Assembly: GCA_039621445.1 (NCBI GenBank)
Contig: CP154954.1
Coordinates: 30,942,395 to 30,996,522 of the forward strand
Length of the DNA stretch: 54,128 bases
Direction: 5' to 3'
DNA from: Euglena gracilis
Lineage: Eukaryota
The position numbers and the translations under genes were made by a program. This document shows positions 35,576-47,613 of this stretch, piece by piece. The notes under the pieces were generated by a model. It was not told where the DNA came from. It saw only the letters and a list, made by a program, of their open reading frames with translations, and did no database searches. How positions within the stretch are numbered: position 1 is the first letter of the stretch; each line of letters starts with the position of its first letter.

Positions 35576-36367
35576 CGGCCTGCCAGCGGCCCAGCGGCGC
35601 GGCCCGGCCCGGCCCGGCCCGGCGGCCGGCAGCCCGGCGGCCAGGCGGCCCGGCCTGGCCGGCGGCCCGGCCAGCGGCCGGCAGCCCGGCCCGGAGGCCC
35701 TTTTTTTTGGTTTCAGCAAAATTTCATTGGATTTTCGCCGTTTTGGGACCCCCCCCCCCCACAACCCGACCAGGGCGGGTAGCAGCCTGGCCATGGGGGG
35801 GTTCTGGGGGAGGTACGTACCTGGTATAAGGTGCGTACCTGGTACAAGCAGGTACTGGGGGGGGGTACGTACCAGGTACGACCCCCCCACACCGGCGCCT
35901 ACAAGGCCTATGTCTAAAGAGGTACGTACCCCCCCAGGACCTGTGTGTACCTTTACAGGTACAACAAGCAGGTACACGATGGGTACTGGGGGTACGTACC
36001 TGGTACGTACCCCCCAGGACCTGCGTGTACCTGTACAGGTACACGCAGGTAGACAACAAAAGGACTTGGTAACACAAGGGATTTTGTTATTTTGGGGCCC
36101 CTCCAATAGTTGAGCAACGAAAAGGGATTTGCCCACCAAAACGACTTCGAAAAAGAAGGGATTTGCCCCCCAAAATGACTTGGAAACACAAGGGATTTTG
36201 TTATTTTGGGGCCCTCCAACAATTGAGCAACAAAGGGAATTTGCCCACCAAAATGACTCGGAAACACAAGGGATTTTGTATTTTGGGGTCTCCAACAATT
36301 GTGTATCCCCCCTCCCAGGACCTGTACCTGTATAGGTACAACAGGTACTGGGGGGTCGTACCTATTT

Positions 36368-37433
36368 TACTACAAAAAAGAGGTGTCGGACGCCGGTTCT
36401 GTCCAAAGCCCGGCGTTCCGGACGCCGGTTCCGTCCGAAGGACGGAACCGGCGTCCGGAACGCCGGGCTTTGGACAGAACCGGCGTCCGACACCTCTTGT
36501 TTAATCCGGCGTTTTAGAGACGCCGGGCTCAGGACAGAACCGGCGTCCCCAACCTTCGGCCAAAGGACACTCCCAGGACCAATCTCCGACCACTGATCTG
36601 CAATGTCACACCACTTTGCATTTAACAAAATTCTGGAGATAGCGAGGGTATTTATGGTTGTGTCAATCGTCCAGTATAAAATCACCCACGATCGAAAGCT
36701 TGGGTGAGGCGGAGGGCGGGGGGCCGGTGGAGGAGGCGATCGCGAGGGTATTTCTGGCTGTGTCAATCGTCCAGGTATAAAATCACCCCTCGATCGAAAG
36801 CTCTTTTCATCAGACGACTGGCGATCACCACCAAATTCAGCCACGTCGCCTGGAGCTCTTATTTTCTGTCAGTGGGGAATCCTAATTTCACAACTCTGGT
36901 GCCCCCCCAAGGCCCTCAGGTCGTTGATTCGAAGAGAAAAAACGTTTCTGTAAGGTTTATTAAGCATCTTAAACCAAAAATCACTGAAAATTGCGACAAA
37001 TTTCGACTCAGATTCTGGCCGATCCGACGATCGCGAGCGTATCTCGGGCTGCGTGCAACGTTAGGGTACCAAGTTACCCCTCGATCGAAAGCTCTTTTCA
37101 ACAGACGACCAGCGGTGCTCATCAGATCTTTCCACGCTGCACGGTACTCTATTTCCAAATCTGGGCCAATTTTCACCAAATTTGGATATCCACCCTAGTG
37201 GTCCCCAGATGGCAAAATTCATTGTCCTTGATGGTTGAAACACTCATACCAGCACCTTAGGGCCACTTTTGGGCACTTTTGGTGACATTTTTAGGAATGA
37301 AAATCGGACGCCGGGCTTTGGACAAAGCCGGCGTTCCTAACGCCGGGCTTTAGGACAGAACCGGCGTCCGGAAGCCCGTGGGGGGGGGGACGCCGGTTCT
37401 GTCCTGAGCCCGGCGTCTCAAACGCCGGCTTAG
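36368..37433. mobile_element. Hairpin/IR repeat, copy 3
   Basis: Duplicate of 26341-27305 with an internal ~110-bp duplication near 36630-36800. Confidence 0.7.
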
Positions 37434-37510
37434 ATATGGGCCTTGTCGGCGCTGGTGTGGGGGGTACATACCTCCCCCCCGTGTGCCCCCCCCCAGGACC
37501 TGCGTGTACC

Positions 37511-38238
37511 CAGGGTTGACGTTTTTTTTGTTTTCAAAGAAACAAAAAAACAAGTTTTTTTTTCAAAAAAAAAAAACGCAAAAAAAACATGTTTTTTTTG
37601 AAAAAGCAAAAATTGACCTTTTTTGAAGAAAATTTTTCGCGGGTGGTTCGGGTCACCAGGGGGGGGGGTCACGGGGGGGTCACAGGGGGGGGGGGTCACG
37701 AGGGGGGGGTCACATTTTCGGTGGCCAGATTAGAAATCACCGAAAACGAATTTTCGGGAAAAAATTCCTTTTTATGCTCCTTATAATCCTTATAATCCTT
37801 TTTAGGCTCCAAAATAGGAATCCCCCAAACGAAAATTAGGAAATCTACCGGAATTAGGCATCACCGTGTCAAATTAGGCAAATCATGTCAAATTAGGCAT
37901 CACCGGCCAAGTTTTTCAGAAAAAAATGGCCGAAACGGGTCTTAGGTCCGGTTGGGGGAGGGGGGTCATGGGGGGAACACCCCCTTTGAAGTTTTTTTTT
38001 TCAAATGTGTGAAAGTATTTCCAAATCTGTGTTTTCTGGTGCGAAAAATCATGCTTTCAACCCAAAAAAATGAATGTTGTAGAGATAAAAAATGTACTTT
38101 TCCCCCAAAAAACATTGCAAAAATTTTTTCCCCCAAACCCTCCATGACGTTTTTTTTTTGCTTTTTTTAAAAAAACATATATTTTTTTAAAAAAAACATG
38201 TTTTTTTTTGTTTCAAAAGAAACAAGCCGTCAACTTTG
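37511..38238. mobile_element. hAT-like MITE (duplicate of 27384-28109)
   Basis: Same TIR and same TSD CGTGTACC. Confidence 0.9.
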
Positions 38239-39678
38239 CGTGTACCCCCCCAGGACCTGACAGGTACAACAGGTACTGGGGGGGGTACGTACCTATTTAG
38301 ACATGGGCCTTGTCGGCGCCGGTGTGGGGGGGTACGTACCCCCCCAGGACCTGCGTGTACCCCCCCAGGACCTGGACAGGTACAACAGGTGCTGGGGGGG
38401 GGTTGTACCCCAGGTACGTACCCCCCAGAACCCCCCCCCCAGGCCCAGACCGACACCCGACCGGGGCCAGGTTTGGAGATTTGAGAATGCATTTTCTTGT
38501 TTCGTGGGAAACGCATAATTCTTGTTAAAACTTGGTGGTGGTGCCAGATTTGGAATTTGGCAAAATAATTAGGTTTGGTGACCCTTAATTTGGTCCGTGC
38601 TATTTGCCTGCCATTCTGAAATTCCTACAGACCCCCCCAAATTTCTGGTGATTTTGGTGGTTTTTTGAAATGGTGACGAAACCCCCGAAAATCCCCCCCC
38701 CCTTCAAAAGAGGACCTGGGAGTGCTTTTGGGGGTTTTTTCCACAACCGTCAGGCAATTATTGCAGATGATCTGAACAAATTTTGGGACATTTTTTTCCC
38801 TCAATCATTGAGCTCGAAAGGTGCATATTTTGCCAGCATCCCACAATTGAAAGAATTTACATTTTTTTTGACCAATTTGGATGGAAAAGTGCGGTTGGCT
38901 TGTGCCTGAAAATGCCCCCGCCTGATTTTGGACGAAAAACGCGGCCGCAGGGGGGGGAGCTCTCGATGCGCTACTGTAATTCGAGGTTCAAGCCAACTGG
39001 GACAATTAGGGCGGGGGGGGGGGGCTCGAGGACCCCAGCTGACCCATTTTTACCGCACAAAAAAACTGGTGCATCGTTGGACAGCTTTTTCTCATGCAAA
39101 CTCCAAAATCTTTCAAAACAAACATTTTTTGGAGATTTCCTGAGCCTTTTTTGCCGGCTTGTCAAATTTAGCTGGCCTTGCCTTGAGCATACATTTTTTT
39201 AAGGTTCTCCCCCCCCCCCCCCCCGTGGTTGCAGCCAGCCCTGATTTTGGCCCAGCCCAGCCGCAGCAGCACCCCCTCGGGGGATGTTGCCAGCCCTTCG
39301 AGCCAGCCCCTTTTTGCTGGGTCCAGCCCAAAATTTTTTGGCAATTGTCAAAAAAAATGGACAAATTGTTCAAAGCTGGCCAAAAATGGTGTTTCGGGGC
39401 TGTTTTGGGTGTGTTTTTGGGGGGCTTGTCAGATGCTCATTTTTTCTGTATCGAGAATTGTGTCGCAGATGTTGGTTTGGGTGTCAGCCCAAACTGGCGT
39501 CCCAGCGCTCATCACCACATGTCAGGTGATGGGGAAATATGCAACTTGCATATTGGCATTTTTTGCAAATGAAAATTTTATGAAAAAGCATTTTTTTTAT
39601 TTTTTGCATATTTTGCCTTTTCCAGTTTTGTTCAGGCATTTGCACAGGCAAATTACTCCGCAGACAACTGGAGTTTGC

Positions 39679-41366
39679 GGCCCCGGTCGGAAAATCGCGG
39701 ATGACCAAATTGCGGGTCGGCCCGACCATGGTTGGGCCGACCACCTGGTCGGCCCGACCATTGTGGGTCGGCCCGACCTGGTCGGTAGGAAACGCAATTA
39801 TCCGCACAACCCCCCCCCCCTTCAGCCCCCCCCCCCCGCTAGACGACCAAGGGCGCCAAAGGCGCCCTCCGTCGTCTGGGCGTCTGATTGTGCATGCTCA
39901 CCAAACGTGTCCGGCAGCGAATGGATTTTGTTATTGGGGGCGGGGGGGGTGCGGGGGGGGCGGCAGCCCCCCCCCCTGTTAGACGACCAAGGGCGCCGAA
40001 GGTGCCCTCCGACAATGGGTGTCTAATTGGTTAATACACATGGGGGGGACCCTCGCTTGGCGCCTTCGGCGCCTCGCTCAGGTCCCCCCACGTTTTTAAC
40101 CCTAGTTGGGCGGCTCTTTGAGGTAGCTGGTACCTTGTAGGGGCCAATTTATCACGTTTCTGAACAGCCGGCTGTTGTCCTCAAAATTGAAATTTTTCTC
40201 AGCCAGTTAATGAAGGAGTAGGGTTAGGGTTAGGGTTGGGGTTAGGGTTCGGATTAGGGTTAGGTATATGGTTAGGGTTAGGGTTTCGGGTTAGGGTTGG
40301 GGTTGGGGTTCGGGTTACGTTTAAGGTTAGGGTAAGGCTCACCAAACGGTCCGGCAGCGAAGGGATTTTGTTATTGGAGGCGGGGGGGGGTGGGGCGGGG
40401 GGGAGGCGACAGCCCCCCCCCCCCGTTAGACGACCAAGGGCGCCAAAGGCGCCCTCCGACAATGGGTGTTTGATTGGTTAATACACATGGGGGGGGGGAC
40501 CCTCGCTTGGCGCCTTCGGCGCCTCGCTCGGGTCCCCCCACGTTTTTAACCCTAGTTGGGCGGCTCTTTGAGGTAGCTGGTACCTTGTAGGGGCCAATTT
40601 ATCACGTTTCTGAACAGCCGGCTGTAGTCCTCAAAATTGAAATTTTTCTCAGCCAGTTAATGAAGGAGTAGGGTTAGGGTCAGGGTCAGGGTTAGGGTTT
40701 GGGTTAGGGTTCGGATTAGGATTAGGTTTGCCCCCCCGCCCCCCCCCCCCCCCCCCCTCCCCCCCCCAATAACAAAATCCCTTCGCTGCCGGACCGTTTG
40801 GTGAGCTTAACCCTAACCTTAAATGTAACCCGAACCCTAACCCAAACCTCAAACGAAACCCGAACCCTAACCCCAACCCTAACCCGAAACCCTAACCCCC
40901 CCCCCCCGCTGGACGACCAAGGGCGCCGAAGGCGCCCTCCGACAATGGGTGTCTGATTGCGCATGCTCACAAAACGGTCCGGCAGCGAAGGGATTTTGTT
41001 ATTGCGGGCGGGCGGGCGGGGGGTGCGGGGGGGCGGTTGGGGTTGAACAGAAACCAAATCTCCGTGTTTTTTCCAATGCTCTGCCCTTTTGTCGGTTCTG
41101 CCATGTCCGTAGCTCAGGGGTGCCTGTTGCTTTTGGATACAGTCATTTCTGCGATCATTCCATCACGGTGTGAACTGGACTTATTCTCTCAGGATCCCGC
41201 CGGGGGGGGGGGGGGGTAGTGCGGAATACTGCGGGTCGGCCCGATCTGGTCGGCCCGACCCACACTGGTCGGTAAGCTATACGCAGTGGTCTGGCCGACC
41301 AGTGGTCGGCCCGACCAGGTCGGCCTGACCCGCAATTTGGTCATCCGCGATTTTCTGGACGGAGCC
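39679..41366. mobile_element. Second Mutator-like element with TTAGGG-rich tandem cargo
   Basis: Termini GGCCCCGG...CGGAGCC; TIR with AAAATCGCGGATGACCAAATTGCGGGTC; 9-bp TSD GGAGTTTGC at 39670-39678 and 41367-41375. Confidence 0.85.
40219..40897. repeat. Degenerate TTAGGG tracts (40219-40335 +, 40669-40728 +, 40808-40897 -) within a ~450-bp tandem duplication
   Basis: 39980-40230 is repeated at 40427-40680. Confidence 0.8.
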
Positions 41367-41648
41367 GGAGTTTGCATTTTTCACGTTTTTGGTCTAATTT
41401 CACATAAGCAGTAGTTGCATAATGCAATACAAGTGGATGCATCTGGGTCAACCATATCGCTTCACCAGTTTGCATCACAGTTTTCTTTTATGTTGCATTT
41501 TAGGGCAGGTGAAACTTTTCGACGTCCTCTCCAGTGGAAAGGTGCACACCCGGGGAGCTCCTAAAGGAATTCATCCACAACTTGAAATTTTTTTTTTATT
41601 TTCCTTTCCCCCTTTTTTGATTTTTTTTGCCTTTTTTTGCGTTGCATA

Positions 41649-41725
41649 CCATGCCCCCCCCGATAGTGTCCCCTACCCGCCTGCCGTTGGGCCGGGTATG
41701 GGACACTATCGGGGGGGGGGCATGG
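41649..41725. mobile_element. 77-bp TA-flanked hairpin MITE
   Basis: CCATGCCCCCCCCGATAGTGTCCC ... GGGACACTATCGGGG..GCATGG; same terminus as the 22651 MITE. Confidence 0.75.
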
Positions 41726-42615
41726 TACTTTGAGGAGCCTTGTGGCATACTCCCCCCTTGCATACGTTCAAAAAAAAAGACAAAAAACCCGATTTTCAAG
41801 ACACCAGAAAATGAGGAGAAAAGGGTTCTGGACCATGAAAGGGTTTTGGAGGGTTGTAATGTTTTTGCCAACAGATCAACAAAAGAATTGAGAACAAGGG
41901 CGTTCGCTTTGTCCCTTTGTCATTCTCTCTCAAGACAATCCATCTGACCACTGTTTGCCACCTTGCACCTTTTTCTGCATTTTGGAACATTGTTGAGTGA
42001 CCCAGTGTTGACTCAGCATTTTTTCGTTTGGCACCCCCCCAATGCCCTCCAAAAAAGACCAGCGCAAAAAAACTGGTTTCTGTAGGGTTTGCAGTCCAAA
42101 AAAAAAAGGGAACCAGATTTTGGAAATTGCCAGGTCCGCTGGTTCAGGAAGTGCTTTTTTTAAATTGAAACAAAGAAAACATCTTCAATTTAAACAAATT
42201 TAGGGGACTTGAAAAGTTTGGATTCGACCAACCAGGCCGGCGCCGGGCTGTGCGGATCCCCGCAACCCCATGGCAGGGTTCGATATAAGGAGGGCGTGCA
42301 TGATTTAGGTGGGGGGGTGCCCCCACCCCCTCCTGGCCCGCAGGGGGGGGTCTGGACCACCCCCCCCACCTGCGGGGTCCGAAATAATTGACCCAAAAAG
42401 GGCAATTATTTTCTCCGGCGCTTCGCGCCCGAGTGTCTCGTGATTTTCAGCCATTGACCTGATGAAAAACAAAATGTGCTGCTTGCGCTTTGATGTCGCT
42501 GGACGTCAAATTTTTGGCCCGTCGCTTCGCGCCGGGGCGAAAATCGGTCACCCGGACCGCGCCACCTGGGGGGTTGCCCCCCCCACACCCTCCCCCCTGG
42601 CCCGCAGGGGGTCCG

Positions 42616-43980
42616 GACACCTCGGGCTCCGCACTTTGCCCTTGCGAGGCCATGCACTGCTCGCCGGCGGTTCGCTGTATGATTGCTCGCTTCGAGCAGC
42701 TCTGTCACAACCTGAACTCTGAGCGTAGTCTCAGAATTAGGATTTTTCAGAGCTTAGGGACATTCGTGATCACAATCACGTGTGATCAAGTGGCCTCCTC
42801 TCTGCAGGTGGTATTTTTTTCTTTTTGGGATTTCAAGTTTTGATTTGGTCATTGAAGTTCTTACAGGACAGCAAAATCACTTGGCTTTGGTTCCAGCTCC
42901 AAAGGAGCTCTTTTGCCTGCTTTGTGCACTGCCTCTTATTTGGGGGAAAGGGCTTACAGCTTTTATATTATTATGTCTTCTGTTACTCCAACTTTTAACT
43001 TTATGCGCGCCAAAGGGCGAAAGCAAGGAGAGGGTTGGACGTACACTGGCAGCCCCGGGAAGATGCCCCCAAAGGGGCAGTGGATGACAAGGGGGCAACC
43101 CCCTCTCAACTTTCCTTGTCAATGCCCATGGCAGGGGCAAGCCAAAACAAGGGGAAGACCCAACAAGGGGCCCCTATGGTATGTCAATCGACAGCACCAA
43201 TGACAAACTGGAGGATCAGAGAGCCTGTGAGCAGAGCATGCACCCCCCAGCCACCTTTAGAGAATGCACAATCCACAGGGGCACCAGGGGAGCAATGTCC
43301 AACAACCCCCACCCAGCACCCAGAAATCATCTAGTTGGGAGAATAAATTCCATGGAGGAAAAATAGGGAGACACCCCGCTTTACCAGAGACTTAAGAAAA
43401 GTCTAAAATGGTGGCTAAAAAATTCCCCCACCCAGCAACATGTCAATTGATCAAAAACGGAATTCAACCCCCCTGGGTGAATCCCCCAAAATTGTCCACC
43501 CACCCAAAACCCAGAGCCAACCTGGACCTGAACCAGGCAGAAAAAATTCTGCTGGATTAAGAAAAAACTGGGTCAGTGAAACGAGTTTTGGATCCAGAGA
43601 CCCAGCATTTGATCCCATGGTTGTTAAAATTTCAAAACCACTGGGGGGAACAACCAAATGGAGAATGATCAGCGGCCGCAGAGAAATAAATCAGCAGTTT
43701 CAAGTAAAACCGTTCAAGCTGGGTCATATCCAACACATTTTTCAAATTTTGGGCAGCAAAAATTGACCTAAAGGATGCATATTTTCATATTCCATTAAGT
43801 CCAGGCTTGAGGCCATTTTTAAGGCATCAGGTATGGGGGCAGACCTGTGAATTTCAAACAGACTGATTTGGGCTAAATGTAATGCCCCAAATTTTCATTG
43901 CAGTAATGAAAACGTTCGAAAAGCTGTGGAGGAAAAGGGGCATCCAGGTTTTTATTTACCTGGACGACATTTTTCTGGTG
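42616..43980 (+). pseudogene. Decayed, 3'-truncated relative of the DIRS element
   Basis: Begins GACACCTCGGGCTCCGCACTTTGCC (DIRS 5' end); RT remnants INSMEEK*GDTPL, VKPFKL.HIQHIF, IDLKDAYFHI, IYLDD with stops and frameshifts. Confidence 0.9.
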
Positions 43981-44469
43981 TTTACCGGGCCAGCCACCCC
44001 CGGGCTGCCGGTCGCCCCCGCGACCGCCGAGTCCCTTCGGGCCGAGGGCCCCGGGGGGTCCTCGCCGGTGGGGAGGACCACCGACAGGGGGGGTGGTGTT
44101 TCCGGGGTGGGGCCTGCGCTTTCTCCGGGGGTTGGTGGGCTCAAGTCAAACCCCTTTTTTTCACCCAGGTGGTTTCCCCAACCCCAGCCGGTGCGTAGGA
44201 TCGTTTTTTGAACGGTTTCCGAAAATTTGGTGAAAACTTAAAAATCTGCCGTTTTGATTGCAAATCTCACTTCTCTCTCTCTCTCACTCACTCACTCTCA
44301 CACTCTCTTGCACACCTTGGAGACAAAACCAACCCACAAACCAACCCACTGAAACTTGAAACTCTTGAAGTCAAAACTGAAAGAAACTTGAATTCTGAAA
44401 CTCCGAGACTTGAGTGAGAACACACTTGAAACCGAAACTGTGAAATGTGAATGTATGAAATGTGCAAAC

Positions 44470-45345
44470 CTTCTTGGTCACTCGAAATGACCGAGGGAAC
44501 CCGAAAAGGCCTCCACTGATTTTTCACCATTTCCTTAGCCAACTTGGCACCGGTTAATCCCTTGTCCTTGCATGCAACCCCCACAATCCAACCCGAATGC
44601 CTATCCACACAAAGGGCTAGGGTGTCATACTCCCCCCCGTCGTGTAAAACCCTTGGCATTCGAAACAAATCGATGGCAACACTTGTCATTAGTGCAGGGG
44701 GTATGGGTGTGGACTCGATCGGTCGTTTCAAACTCTCCCCCCTCACACTCGCTTGGCATGTGGAACAATTTTTGCTGCAATTTTGGTTGAGTTGCTTTGC
44801 AGCCTTTTCATCAGCCCAAACAAAACGGATTGTCATGTGTTTCCAAACTTTTTCAGGGCCAACGTGCCCCAAAAACTCGTGATTTTCTTGAATCACAAAG
44901 GGTTGGAAACTTTCAGGCACACACAACTTTTCCTCGAAAAACAGTTGACCGTTCAAGACTTTATAGCTTTTGGGCCAAACTGAACCACCTTTGGTAGCCT
45001 CCCATTTTTCTTTCCATGTGGGGCATCGGGAATATGCTTCCCCCCAATCACGCTCCCATACGGGCATAATATCCTTAGGGGTCGTGCTTGGCAGGGCGTC
45101 CCCAACTTCCATACGAGTGTCCCCCCTCGAACTTTCAGCCGTCTCCGGGAAAGGGGTCGTCTCCCCCCCCACTTTCTCATCCCAAAAATGAACTCGTTTC
45201 TTTTCTTCCTGGGCCCTTGTGAGTGGGTGTCCACAGGGGTGTCTTTTCCTCCTGGGTCTACCCCACCCTCGGTTCCCCTCTTTGTGCACTCTCCTTTTTC
45301 CTCCTCAGGTGTTACGTTTTTGCCACTACGGGTTGTCACCCCCTG
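44470..45345 (-). pseudogene. Ty3/gypsy integrase fragment
   Basis: VTTRSGK linker; LCVP; HHCC finger (HEFLGH...CSTC); first D (VAIDLF), CVDRHSG, second D (ISSDQ); truncated before the E. Confidence 0.88.
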
Positions 45346-46149
45346 TGCGCGGTCCGAGGGTGCCCGCCCCAAGGAGGGGGCCCAAAGGGGCCACGAAGGG
45401 CCGCGAGGGGGATCCAAGGCCCCCAAGGGCCTTTTGAGGCCCCACTGGCCCCCAAGGGGGCCCCACAGCCCATTTTGACCAAGCCAAGGGAAGGTAAAGG
45501 AGGGGGCAGGTTGAGGGGGCCAACAGGCAACCCCCAAGGGGATGCGCAAGCCCTGCTGGGCTTTGCGCAAGCATGCGCACCCCCTTGGTGGGCGCTCAGA
45601 TGGCGCAATTCATTATGAATTGCGCAAAGTATACCAAGTAGCCCCCCCAGCTGTAGCCACCCTCCAATTGTACATTTTCTGTTCACAGGGCTCTGTTCAC
45701 ATACTGTCATTTGTGTTCACCAATTGTTTGCTTGCAAGGGAATTCAAGGACATATCAAGGAAATACAAATAACAAATTTCAAGTTCAAGTCTCATTGATC
45801 AAGAATTCAAGTTCATTTGTTGAGGCAAAAGTATGTCATTTTCAACGCCACCATCCTTGCCAACACCCACCCCCTACACAAACTGAACACTGCCAGTCAA
45901 ACAACATGCCTACCAGCCACGTGGCGGCTGTCCGCCATGCCGGGATCAGGCATGGCATGTGCCTGCAGGAGATCATCAAGAAGGCGTGGACTGAAGGGGT
46001 GAACATCAACCTGATGGAGTATTATTCAAGTTTTGATGCAGATTGTGGCTGTTCGTGGTGTGCCAGTCGTGCAGCAGCAGCCGCTGCTGGCAGGCTCAGG
46101 GCCCATGGCAGGGTGGCCTCTGATGCCAGGCTGGTGGATGCTGTGGAAG

Positions 46150-46400
46150 GACATGTCAGAGACGGGAATGCCAAGGATGGAAATGCCAGAGATGCGAATG
46201 CCAAGGATGGAAATGCCAGAGACAGGAATGCCAAGGATGGAAATGCCAGAGATGGACATTCCAGACATGCAGATGGGCGAGATGGACATTCCAGACATGG
46301 AGATGGGCGAGATGGACATTCCAGCCATGGAGATGGGCGAGATGGGCATTCCAGACATGGAGATGGTCGAGGTGGACATTCGGGAGATGGTGATGACGGA
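46150..46400. repeat. 15/30-bp tandem repeats (ATGCCAAGGATGGAAATGCCAGAG; GAGATGGACATTCCAGACATG)
   Basis: Frame-preserving periodic units. Confidence 0.8.
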
Positions 46401-46509
46401 AGTTGGCATTGGGCCCCAGTGGGGCATGGCGAGGGCGGAGGCTCGCCGGGGAAGTCAAGAGGAAGGAGAAGGAAGGAGCGCCGACAGAAGGCGAAGGAGG
46501 CCCCGAGGG

Positions 46510-46730
46510 GCTGAGGCTGAAGCCCTGCCTGGGATGATGTGGGCTGGGTCCCCCTCCCGCATGCCCTGGGCCGAAGCCCTCACCAGCTGTGGCCGAAGCC
46601 CGCCGGGATGGTGTGGGCTGGGTCCCCCTCCCGTGTGCCTGGGCCGAAGCCCTCAGGCGTTGTGGCCGAAGCCCGCCGGGACGGCGTGGGCTGGGCCCCC
46701 CTCCCAGGCCTGTGGCCGAAGCCCTCCCCG
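46510..46730. repeat. ~75-bp GC-rich tandem repeat x3 (GGCCGAAGCCC / GTGGGCTGGG)
   Basis: Visible periodicity. Confidence 0.7.
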
Positions 46731-46952
46731 CGGTAACCCTCTCCCGCTGCACCTGCGAGCCCCCTCCCCAGGACCCCCACCAGCCCCTGGACCCCCATCT
46801 CTGGACGGGCAAACAAGGGCAAAAAAGAGGGGAAAAACGAGAAAAAAATTCCAGAGATGACGGCCCAAGGGGTATCTTTGGGCTGTTCTGGGGGGAAACC
46901 CCTGCCAGAACGGCCCAAGGCGGTGCGGGTGCCTGCTGCTCCCCCCTGCTGC

Positions 46953-47613
46953 TGTAGGAGACCGACCCCCCTAAGGGTCGGCCTTCGACCCCCGCCCCGC
47001 CCCACAGAGAAAAAAAAATAAAACAGACAGACAGAAAGAAAGATTAAAGATTGTGTTCGTGAACGAAAAAAAAAAAAAACCTCAGCGCCTTTTTGCCGAA
47101 GGCAGGTTTAGCTGCCCGGGGCAGCTTTTTAAGGAGGGGAGTGTGGGCGCTGGGAAAGCGATTAAGATTCCAGCAGGGGAATTAGGAATTACACAAAATT
47201 CTGTCTGTGTTTGTGTTTACAGTGGCAAGCAGCATGTTCAGTTTGACTTTGGTAGTTCAGTTCTGGGAAGTTTATTGATTTGTGCCAGCGCTGGGATTTG
47301 GGAAGTGGGATTACAATGAAAAGTTCCAAGGAAAGTCCCAGGTGGGTGCCAGGCCCCCTGGGTGAATTGATGGATCCCAGCCAGTGGCAGGGCCTGCAGG
47401 CGCCAAGGTCCAGCCGCCAGGGGGTTGTGGGAGTGGTGAGGCCCACACCCCTTCAACGCCACCATCCTTGCCAACACCCACCCCTACCCCACTTTTCCTC
47501 CAAGGGGAAAACCCCCACCAGGTGGGCCCGATGGGCTCAAATTTAAACGATCCTACGCGGGTTGCGCCGCCAGGGGTCCCTTCACAGGGACCTCAGGAGG
47601 GGCAACCCCTACA
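46953..47613 (+). repeat. Putative 5' LTR (661 bp)
   Basis: TGTAGG...CCTACA termini immediately followed by the PBS. The partner LTR is not in the window, so the left edge is inferred. Confidence 0.7.

Larger units (their letters stand above)
29523..39308. repeat. Segmental duplication, copy B (with a 5.7 kb insertion)
   Basis: Matches 25380-29432. Confidence 0.9.

Noticed and set aside
40219-40897. True telomere or chromosome fusion site
   Set aside because: Tracts are short, degenerate and inside a TSD-bounded element.
44470-45345. Integrase belonging to the dual-MTase element
   Set aside because: Opposite strand, upstream of the LTR and truncated; treated as a separate relic.
45711-46860. 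Host protein-coding gene
   Set aside because: Several overlapping frames are open because of 15/30-bp repeats; no domain supports any frame.
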